Positions 1 through 5,433 of a stretch of 5,694 bases of DNA are shown in pieces (positions within the stretch are counted from its first letter, which is position 1; the number at the start of each line of letters is the position of its first letter). This stretch comes from a virus. The stretch lies in IMG/VR virus record IMGVR_UViG_3300005309_000014, one strand, 5' to 3'. The position numbers and the translations under genes are program-made. The notes below the pieces were generated by a model. That model did no database searches. It saw nothing but the letters and a program-made list of their open reading frames with translations, and was not told where the DNA came from.

Positions 1-283
1 TTTTTTTGGTTTTGCAAATTTATTTTATTTTTTTTTGTTCCTTACCACTTGTTGCTCTGTCCTCCCCCCCACTTAATTCCGTTCCTTCGGTTAGATGTTT
101 TTTTGTCAGGCGTAGCTGACAGGCCACTTTGTGTGTCGGGTTTTTCTTTTAGTCTTTCCTGGTATAGCATTTCCCTTCTTTCTTTTTCGTATTGTTTTCT
201 GCTCCAATTTCTTTTATTGTCTCCGTAACCCAGTCTTTTGTTTTTTAATCTTGCAAAGTTTAATGCTTCGTAGTATTCTGTCT
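1..283. repeat. Terminal redundancy, copy 1 (identical to 5412..5694); wrap-around of a circular genome
   Basis: I aligned 1..283 by eye against 5412..5694 and found every base identical, including the T9 and C7 homopolymers. The offset is 5411 nt. Genes run continuously across the junction. Confidence 0.95.
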
Positions 284-518
284 TTCCATCTTTTATAGAT
301 ATTTCTACACCATCTACCCATCTTGTTTGCTTGTCTAGTTTTTGTAACCAGAGTTGTTCCTTCTCGTCCTCTGTATATATTTTGTTTCTGTAGTATATTG
401 GTAATCCTAGTTTGTGTCCGTTTCTCGATTTGTATGCTTCGTCGGTTTGGTCTGTTTTGTATTTGTTTCGTTCTGCGTTGATTGTTTTCGTGTATCTTTT
501 TCCAATGCCTGGGACTTG
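42..518 (-). CDS. +1-frame continuation of Rep VP4 (conserved C-terminal domain with no start codon of its own). The full-length product would be complement(join(42..509,511..1155)), about 370 aa.
   Basis: My hand translation of the frame opening after the TAA at 519..521 gives QVPGIGKRYTKTINAERNKYKTDQTDEAYKSRNGHKLGLPIYYRNKIYTEDEKEQLWLQKLDKQTRWVDGVEISIKDGKTEYYEALNFARLKNKRLGYGDNKRNW...GGGQSNKW, with the stop at 42..44. As far as I recall, the S-P-G-I-G..Y and LP-x-YY-x-x-K-I-Y-x-x-x-E blocks are the conserved C-terminal signature of microvirus VP4. There is no in-frame ATG near its start, so it can only be expressed as a fusion. Confidence 0.75.
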   Translation of the reverse strand, partial: QVPGIGKRYTKTINAERNKYKTDQTDEAYKSRNGHKLGLPIYYRNKIYTEDEKEQLWLQKLDKQTRWVDGVEISIKDGKTEYYEALNFARLKNKRLGYGDNKRNWSRKQYEKERREMLYQERLKEKPDTQSGLSATPDKKTSNRRNGIKWGGGQSNKW

Positions 519-1155
519 TTAGTATTATTGATTTATACTCTTTGTGTTTTTCGTCCGTTTTGTTAATATACTTTGTTATATATGTTATTGTTTTTTCGTT
601 TACGTATGTTTTATTTCTGTCTTCTTTTTTAGGCCATACGAATCCGTATTTCCAATGTTTTAGCACTTCGTCTATATTTCCGTCTGTCCATATTATTCCG
701 TGCATGTGTATATTTTCCGTTCCTTCGTGTCCTAGTTCTGTTACCAGGTAGTGTTTTACGCTTTTTTTGTTTGCTTTTCTGTATCTTTCTAAGAATCTTC
801 TTGTTGCTAGTGTTGCTATTTGATTATCTAGTTCGTACCCTTTTTGTGTTATTTCCCAAGTTTCGAGTTTTTTATTTTGTTCTTCTGACTCTTTTGTTCT
901 GATACTTTCGATTAATTCTTTTATACTTTCGTTACTGAATGTTAGAGTTATAAAGTATGCTTTTTTGTTTTCTCTTATCTCTTCAAGTAGTCTAACTTGC
1001 CATTCTCTTGCTTTCTTTTTTCTGCATTCCATGCATTTGCCGCAACCTATTGGTACTGCTAGTACTCTTTTATCTGTTGGTATTGGTACAACACCGTTGT
1101 TTTTTTTAGTTTTAGTGTATTTTTTATTTTGTATTAGTTTTGGATATAAACACAT
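214..1155 (-). CDS. Replication initiation protein VP4 (HUH rolling-circle endonuclease), zero-frame ORF of 313 aa. Only residues 1-215 look Rep-like; the tail is out of frame relative to the conserved C-terminal domain.
   Basis: ATG at 1155..1153, 1 nt after the VP2 stop (TAATATG). The N-terminus reads MCLYPK...CGKCMEC. RCR motif 1 is YFITLTF (937..957), the HUH motif is HMH within NIHMHGIIW (700..708), and the double-tyrosine motif YITKY (568..582) matches the phiX174 gpA YxxKY arrangement. After P215 (CCC 511..513) the zero frame becomes K/R/Q/N/T-rich with no recognisable Rep motifs. Confidence 0.9.
   Translation of the reverse strand: MCLYPKLIQNKKYTKTKKNNGVVPIPTDKRVLAVPIGCGKCMECRKKKAREWQVRLLEEIRENKKAYFITLTFSNESIKELIESIRTKESEEQNKKLETWEITQKGYELDNQIATLATRRFLERYRKANKKSVKHYLVTELGHEGTENIHMHGIIWTDGNIDEVLKHWKYGFVWPKKEDRNKTYVNEKTITYITKYINKTDEKHKEYKSIILTSPRHWKKIHENNQRRTKQIQNRPNRRSIQIEKRTQTRITNILQKQNIYRGREGTTLVTKTRQANKMGRWCRNIYKRWKDRILRSIKLCKIKKQKTGLRRQ
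507..513 (-). other. Candidate +1 ribosomal frameshift heptamer CCC AGG C (or the site of a 1-nt insertion)
   Basis: The plus strand reads gcctggg, which is CCC AGG C on the minus strand. The zero frame reads Pro-Arg. Re-pairing at +1 gives CCA (still Pro) followed by GGC, producing ...ILTS-P-GIGKRY. The window allowed for the switch is bounded by the +1-frame stop at 519..521. Confidence 0.35.
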
Positions 1156-1156
1156 A

Positions 1157-2173
1157 TTAGTAGTTTTTATTGTAGTGAGTTTTTTGTTCTGTTGATATTG
1201 GTCTTCCGTTTTTGTCGAATTTTTCGGTTATTGTTTCGCTTTTTGTGTTTGTTTTTTTGTTCATGCGTTTGATATCTATTATGCTATTTACCAGGTTTCC
1301 TGTTGCTTGTATTCCTGCTTGCCATAACATTGTCTCTGTTAATTTCTGCATGTTTTCTCTTGATATTTGTTGACCTTCCCTGGTTATTTTTAAGTCTTCC
1401 CATGCTTGCTCAATTTTGTTTGTTATTTCGTTTATTTTAGCTCTATCAAGTGCTATTCCTTGTTTTTTAACTTGCACTTCTATTGCTGTGCTTACTGCTT
1501 CTGATTTTATTTTTGACTCCTGGTCTTTTTGTGTGTTTTCGTTTATTACCTGGTTAACTCCTGCTATATTTGCTTCGTGCATCATTTTTCTTGCCATGTC
1601 TTTTACTTGAGCAATTGCGTCATACTCTGTTTCGCTTGCTATTTTTAGGCTTAATTCTTTGAATGCATTGTCAATTTTTAAGTTCGATGTTTCTGCGTTT
1701 CCTTTTTCTGTATCAATGCCTTTTGTTTTATTTGCTTCGGCTTCTGCTTTTTCCGCTTGCGCTTTGTTTAGGTCTACCTGGCTTTTCATTACTTCCATTT
1801 GTCCTAGTTGCATTCCCATTTCACTATTCGCTCTTTGGTTTTCTGCTCCTCCTGATGCTTGTCCTCCTTGCACGCTACCTGTTGGTTGTCCTGTCATACC
1901 ACCCATTCCTCCGCTTTCGTACATTAGTGCTGGATTGAGTCCTGCTTTTTTCATTTGGTTTACTTGTTCTGCATGATTTGTTTTTAACCACATGTCATAT
2001 TGTTTGTCGTAGTTATAGTCTATCATGTTTTTGTTGTCTTTCATTTGTAGTTCTGACAGTTTCTTTTGTTGGTTCAACTGTCTTTTGTCGTTTAGTGGCG
2101 CTAATGCCATTCCTAAGGCTTGTCCTGCTGCTGTTATTCCTGTGGCTTTGCCTATTTCGCTGAATATTCCCAT
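1157..2173 (-). CDS. VP2 minor capsid / DNA pilot protein (338 aa)
   Basis: ATG at 2173..2171. The N-terminus is hydrophobic (GITAAGQALGMALAPL). The block KKAGLNPALMYESGGMGGMTGQ plus a Gly/Gln-rich stretch and a long charged, coiled-coil-like centre are typical of Gokushovirinae/Alpavirinae VP2. It sits immediately upstream of rep. Confidence 0.85.
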   Translation of the reverse strand: MGIFSEIGKATGITAAGQALGMALAPLNDKRQLNQQKKLSELQMKDNKNMIDYNYDKQYDMWLKTNHAEQVNQMKKAGLNPALMYESGGMGGMTGQPTGSVQGGQASGGAENQRANSEMGMQLGQMEVMKSQVDLNKAQAEKAEAEANKTKGIDTEKGNAETSNLKIDNAFKELSLKIASETEYDAIAQVKDMARKMMHEANIAGVNQVINENTQKDQESKIKSEAVSTAIEVQVKKQGIALDRAKINEITNKIEQAWEDLKITREGQQISRENMQKLTETMLWQAGIQATGNLVNSIIDIKRMNKKTNTKSETITEKFDKNGRPISTEQKTHYNKNY

Positions 2174-2175
2174 GT

Positions 2176-2310
2176 TTATTGTTTGTTGTTGTTGTTACCT
2201 TTTAGTACTATTAATGCTAGTATTGCTAATATTATTATCACGAATGTTGTTGTGTCCATTATGTTTACGTTTTCTAGATTTCCTAATTCTGTATTTACGT
2301 CTTTAGCCAT
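2176..2310 (-). CDS. Small single-pass membrane protein, 44 aa (not in the supplied ORF track)
   Basis: Hand translation gives MAKDVNTELGNLENVNIMDTTTFVIIILAILALIVLKGNNNNKQ*. It has one 16-residue hydrophobic helix (TTFVIIILAILALIVL) flanked by polar ends. The ATG is at 2310..2308 and the stop TAA at 2178..2176 lies 2 nt before the VP2 ATG, the same tight coupling seen at the other gene junctions. It fills an otherwise non-coding gap. Confidence 0.55.
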   Translation of the reverse strand: MAKDVNTELGNLENVNIMDTTTFVIIILAILALIVLKGNNNNKQ

Positions 2311-2317
2311 TTTTTCG

Positions 2318-2338
2318 CTCTTTGTTTTTAACAAAGAG
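2318..2338 (-). promoter_or_regulatory. Perfect hairpin, 9-bp stem and 3-nt loop, 7 nt upstream of the 44-aa ORF start
   Basis: On the plus strand, CTCTTTGTT (2318..2326) pairs with AACAAAGAG (2330..2338) as exact reverse complements. It shares AGAG (2335..2338) with the neighbouring hairpin. Confidence 0.5.
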
Positions 2339-2380
2339 TGGTACCTTAGTTCATAATATAGAACACATGCGTACCACTCT
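2335..2380 (-). terminator. Hairpin with 10-bp stem directly after the VP3-like stop; candidate attenuating terminator or ssDNA structural signal
   Basis: AGAGTGGTAC (2335..2344) and GTACCACTCT (2371..2380) are exact reverse complements. The 26-nt loop has an internal GTTC/GAAC pair. On the coding strand the stem is followed by TTTGTT. The hairpin begins 8 nt after the stop at 2388..2390. Confidence 0.35.
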
Positions 2381-2387
2381 AATTAAT

Positions 2388-2717
2388 TTACTGTTGTGTG
2401 CCTTGTGTTGGCTCGGGTTTCCCGTCTGGTTTTCCGTCCTCTGGCTTAACTATTTTTAGGTTTTGTCTTTCCTCTCTTTTCCCTATGTGTGTTTTTGCGA
2501 CTTTGTCCATAGCTTCTATTGCTACCTCGAATCTGTCTGTTCTTGGATTGTATTCTGGTCTTACGCCATCTTTTCTTTCCGTGAATATTATCGGTGCTCC
2601 GTCTGATACTGGTTCGTTGTTATTCATAACTCTTTCCATTTTCATTTCGATTGTTTCACCTGTTTGTGAATCGTTCAATTCTATTGAGCTTTTGCTTATT
2701 TTTTGTTTTCTGTACAT
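2388..2717 (-). CDS. Small acidic protein (109 aa), possibly an internal scaffolding (VP3-like) protein
   Basis: ATG at 2717..2715, 2 nt after the VP1 stop. The block PIIFTERKDGVRPEYNPRTDRFEVAIEAMDK resembles, from memory, a conserved block in small proteins encoded next to VP1 in gut microviruses. Its codon usage matches the neighbouring genes. The function is inferred, not demonstrated. Confidence 0.75.
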   Translation of the reverse strand: MYRKQKISKSSIELNDSQTGETIEMKMERVMNNNEPVSDGAPIIFTERKDGVRPEYNPRTDRFEVAIEAMDKVAKTHIGKREERQNLKIVKPEDGKPDGKPEPTQGTQQ

Positions 2718-2719
2718 GG

Positions 2720-4720
2720 TTATAGATTTGGCATTATTTTAGCACTCATTTTTCTTCTTGCTGTTATGTTTACGCTTATTTGACTCCAAAAGTTTTGTGC
2801 ATCTCTTGATGTTTGTGCGAATATATGGTTGTATTTTACTGGGTCTATGTACGTTGTTAGGTCTTTTATCTTCCCGTTTCCGTCGTTTTCATATTTCCTG
2901 TTTAGTGTCATAAACATTTCGTTATTCTCTATTGCGAAGTTTCCTCTTACCTGGTTGACGTTTGTCATGTAGTTCATCCATGCAGGTTGTTTTCCTGCGC
3001 TTTTGAATTGTGTTTCTCCGTCGCTATTTGCTATTGAGTCCCACCAGGCCATCTGGTCTGTTATTAAATCCTGGAATCCGATTTCGTCTAATGCAGGTTT
3101 GTGTAGGTCGTCCATTGTTTTTAGGTTTGTGTCCCATTTGTTGCCCTGGCTATAGTCTACTCTTGGTGTTAAACTTATTATGCCCATTATATAAGAAGGT
3201 TCATCTACCTTTATTGTTATTTCTCCTCCTTTGTGTTTTTTAGATAGTTTCCCTTTTCCTGCTAATGTTCCTAGAGGTTGCTCTACTCCTTCGCTTCCCG
3301 CTTCTGCGTTACTAACTACTTCTTCGAATACTAATTCTTTTATTAGTCCTCCCATGTACATTGGTGTTTCTGCTCTTCTTACTGCTTCTACTCCATATAC
3401 TGCTTCTTGCCAATCGTCATAGCTTCCTCCTGATATTGCTATTCTGTTTAGCATTTCGTATACTTTTTGTGCCATGTTAAGGGTGTCCATTGTGAATTTC
3501 CCTTCTTCTGTGCTTACTGCTGTTATTTCGCTTATTCCGTTTGTACCTGATATCCATTCTGTAGATATCCAGTTGTTGAATAGGTCGCTTTGGTATGTTT
3601 TTAATGCTAATCCTTCCTGATTTGTTTGTTTTGACCAGAAAGCATTTCCGTCGGTTTGAAATGGTAGTCCGTAAGGTGCTGGTGTATTTTGGTTTATTAT
3701 ATACGGTGTTTGTATTTTTACTTTCGATAATATATCTTCTCTCATATCATCGATGTTTTTTAATGGAAATAGGTGTATTTTTGGTTCACTTTCCTTTATT
3801 TCTTCTTCCCTTGTTACATAGTTTGTTATTGCTATTGTTTCTTCGGTTCTGTTTGTGAAATATAGTACTGGTTCTCCTTCGAATGTATCGTATGTCCAGT
3901 CTTGCCACCACAGAGTTGGTTCGAAAGCAAGGTCTGCTCTAGCTACGCTTAGTTTTATATCGTCTGGTGTTGGTTGTTTTCCTTCTCCATAGAATACTAA
4001 TAGTTGGTCTGTTTCTTTTGGCCATATTGGGCTTATTAGCTCTGTGCCTTTTTGTGGTATTAATGTTATGTTTCCTGGTTGCCCCATTGAGTTTGTAATT
4101 CCTACCTTTCTGATTGTTGGTAATGTTCCTTCTTCTGTCCCCTGGTGTATTACTGCTCCTACTTCTTCTTGTTTGTTTGCATAGTAGTTTTTGTATATAT
4201 CCCAGTATGCTAGATACGGTATTGCATTAAAGTATCTTTTTAGGGCGTGTGAGCCTTCTCCTGCGTATGAGCCTATTCCCCTTATGTTTAGGTAACTTAA
4301 TATGCATGAAGGGTTTATTTGTTGATTGTCGATGTCTCCTTTGTTGTAATCTATTGGATTTGCTTTTACTTCTAGTTGTGGAAGTTTGATTTTAGACATG
4401 TTCATTCCTATGCCTAGTTTATTGTTGTGTAGTTGTGCCTGGTACAATCTTATTGGTATTTGGAATACGTCTAGTTGTACCTTGTAGCTTCCGAATAGAG
4501 GCCCTACTGTTGGATGTGTCATTACGTTTGTGTTGAGATTTATATCAAACGTGTCTCCGTTTAGTCCTATTTCTGTCATGAAGGGTACTAATGTTCCTGC
4601 TGCCATTGTTGAGCGCCATATGTAGCTTAGGTCGTGTGTGCTTCGTTCGTAGTTTTTATACTGAACTTGCATTTTTTTTCCGGAACCTAGTCTTTGCCCT
4701 CCTACTTCTACTTTTTTCAT
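2720..4720 (-). CDS. Major capsid protein VP1 (phiX174 F-protein family), 666 aa
   Basis: ATG at 4720..4718. The N-terminal signature is RSTHDLSYIWRST..GTLVPF...GDTFDI...HPTVGPLFGSYKVQLDVFQIPIRLY, which is characteristic of the Phage_F capsid family. The size and the large central insertion are typical of non-Bullavirinae microviruses. Confidence 0.95.
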   Translation of the reverse strand: MKKVEVGGQRLGSGKKMQVQYKNYERSTHDLSYIWRSTMAAGTLVPFMTEIGLNGDTFDINLNTNVMTHPTVGPLFGSYKVQLDVFQIPIRLYQAQLHNNKLGIGMNMSKIKLPQLEVKANPIDYNKGDIDNQQINPSCILSYLNIRGIGSYAGEGSHALKRYFNAIPYLAYWDIYKNYYANKQEEVGAVIHQGTEEGTLPTIRKVGITNSMGQPGNITLIPQKGTELISPIWPKETDQLLVFYGEGKQPTPDDIKLSVARADLAFEPTLWWQDWTYDTFEGEPVLYFTNRTEETIAITNYVTREEEIKESEPKIHLFPLKNIDDMREDILSKVKIQTPYIINQNTPAPYGLPFQTDGNAFWSKQTNQEGLALKTYQSDLFNNWISTEWISGTNGISEITAVSTEEGKFTMDTLNMAQKVYEMLNRIAISGGSYDDWQEAVYGVEAVRRAETPMYMGGLIKELVFEEVVSNAEAGSEGVEQPLGTLAGKGKLSKKHKGGEITIKVDEPSYIMGIISLTPRVDYSQGNKWDTNLKTMDDLHKPALDEIGFQDLITDQMAWWDSIANSDGETQFKSAGKQPAWMNYMTNVNQVRGNFAIENNEMFMTLNRKYENDGNGKIKDLTTYIDPVKYNHIFAQTSRDAQNFWSQISVNITARRKMSAKIMPNL

Positions 4721-4723
4721 TTT

Positions 4724-4978
4724 TTATTTATTTGAGTTGTATAATACTTGTATTAGTGTTGTTATTAAATCCCATTGGTTTTCAGGGTTTCTTGCGTAAT
4801 CTTCTATTTCTTTTCTTGTCTTTTTAAATTCTGACACTCTTTTGTCTGCAATTGCTAAAAACCAATCCTCCTCGATTCTTACTATTGTGAAGGGTGTTCT
4901 TTTTATTTGGTGTTTTTCTACGATTAATTTCTTTTTTTTAGATTTTGATTTTGATTTGTCTACTTCTTTCACATTCAT
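4724..4978 (-). CDS. Hypothetical protein (84 aa from ATG 4978; the track ORF extends to a GTG at 5008)
   Basis: The open frame ends 3 nt before the VP1 ATG (TAA AAA ATG). The N-terminus is Lys/Ser-rich (KSKSKSKKKK), followed by RTPFTIVRIEEDWFLAIADKRVSEF...NQWDLITTLIQVLY. The codon at 5008..5006 is GTG and the first ATG is at 4978..4976. I do not recognise a family. Confidence 0.6.
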   Translation of the reverse strand: MNVKEVDKSKSKSKKKKLIVEKHQIKRTPFTIVRIEEDWFLAIADKRVSEFKKTRKEIEDYARNPENQWDLITTLIQVLYNSNK

Positions 4979-5147
4979 GTGTGTATTCTCTGATGTTGTA
5001 ACTTCCACTTTCGTAATATTTTTTTGTGCAACGTAGTCTGATGTAGTTTGACATTGCGTTAATTTTTGTTATTATTTCTCCTGTACTTACGTCTACGTAA
5101 ATACTTTTTGTTAGCCATTTTTTGCTAGTATTTAGATTATTGCTCAT
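4938..5147 (-). CDS. Hypothetical protein (69 aa)
   Basis: ATG at 5147..5145. The sequence reads MSNNLNTSKKWLTKSIYVDVSTGEIITK...YYESGSYNIREYTHECER. Its 3' end overlaps the next ORF by 41 nt (71 nt if GTG 5008 is used), in a different frame. I do not recognise a family. Confidence 0.5.
   Translation of the reverse strand: MSNNLNTSKKWLTKSIYVDVSTGEIITKINAMSNYIRLRCTKKYYESGSYNIREYTHECERSRQIKIKI
4941..4958. repeat. Hexanucleotide tandem repeat (GATTTT GATTTT GATTTG)
   Basis: Read directly from the sequence. It encodes KSKSKS in the 84-aa ORF and QIKIKI in the overlapping 69-aa ORF. Confidence 0.8.
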
Positions 5148-5176
5148 TGGTCTCGTATTCTGTTCATTTTTTTTGT

Positions 5177-5395
5177 TTATAACATTCCTTTTAATTTCTC
5201 TTTTATGTATTTATCGACTGTTTTGTCGATTATTTCGGTTATCGTTGTTGCTTCTTCTTCTGTTAGTAGTTTTTCTTCTTTTAGTTTGATTATGTTTTGA
5301 TACGTACTTCTGATAGTGTATGATACACTGATTTTTTTTTGTCTTTCTACATTTACGACCTTGTCGTTCTTTGTATTTTCTGTTTCTTTTATCAT
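5177..5395 (-). CDS. Hypothetical protein (72 aa from ATG 5395; the track ORF starts at a TTG at 5428)
   Basis: The codon at 5428..5426 is TTG, not ATG. The first ATG is at 5395..5393 and gives MIKETENTKNDKVVNVERQKK...TEEEATTITEIIDKTVDKYIKEKLKGML. This is the first gene downstream of the candidate promoter. I do not recognise a family. Confidence 0.5.
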   Translation of the reverse strand: MIKETENTKNDKVVNVERQKKISVSYTIRSTYQNIIKLKEEKLLTEEEATTITEIIDKTVDKYIKEKLKGML

Positions 5396-5398
5396 TTT

Positions 5399-5433
5399 CA
5401 AATATACATATTTTTTTTGGTTTTGCAAATTTA
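5399..5433 (-). promoter_or_regulatory. Candidate Bacteroidota-type promoter: TAAATTTG, 19-nt spacer, TATATTTG
   Basis: The coding strand from 5433 down to 5399 reads TAAATTTG CAAAACCAAAAAAAATATG TATATTTG. Both octamers fit the Bacteroides -7 consensus TAnnTTTG. The TTTG of the first octamer lies 19 nt upstream of the second, matching the -33 TTTG element. My eye scan found no other TAnnTTTG on the coding strand. The first octamer also appears at 15..22 in repeat copy 1. Confidence 0.4.

Noticed and set aside
28-72. Homopolymers (T9 at 28..36, C7 at 64..70) in the rep 3' tail, considered as phase-variation or slippage tracts.
   Set aside because: They are read through in frame by the +1 rep frame, giving GGG and KKK-type residues or 3' UTR. 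The two copies in the window are not independent observations, so I have no evidence of length variation. The tracts do make the exact rep stop position sensitive to sequencing error.
104-121. Hairpin TGTCAG-GCGTAG-CTGACA, flanked by an A7 run on the coding strand, considered as a terminator or a Rep nicking-origin stem-loop.
   Set aside because: The stem is only 6 bp. On the coding strand it is followed by A's rather than T's, so it is not an intrinsic terminator. It lies inside the +1-frame rep tail. The phiX174-type origin is a linear recognition sequence, not a CRESS-style stem-loop. The evidence is too weak to call.
1-283. The 283-nt direct repeat at both window ends, considered as a biological element (LTR, att sites, IS ends or phage DTR).
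   Set aside because: The copies are base-perfect. They begin and end at the window edges and cut through the rep coding region. Microviridae genomes are circular ssDNA without terminal repeats. Wrap-around of a circular assembly explains it fully.
4938-5008. A second +1 frameshift fusing the 69-aa and 84/94-aa ORFs, since they have the same frame relationship as the two rep halves.
   Set aside because: There is no slippery or hungry-codon motif in the overlap. An ATG at 4978 gives the downstream ORF an independent start. Neither half has recognisable homology that would require a fusion.
4979-5428. The N-terminal extensions of the track ORFs at 5008 and 5428, shown starting with M.
   Set aside because: The codons there are GTG (5008..5006) and TTG (5428..5426). 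The TTG lies inside the candidate promoter octamer. The first ATGs (4978 and 5395) are more plausible starts, although the non-ATG starts cannot be excluded.
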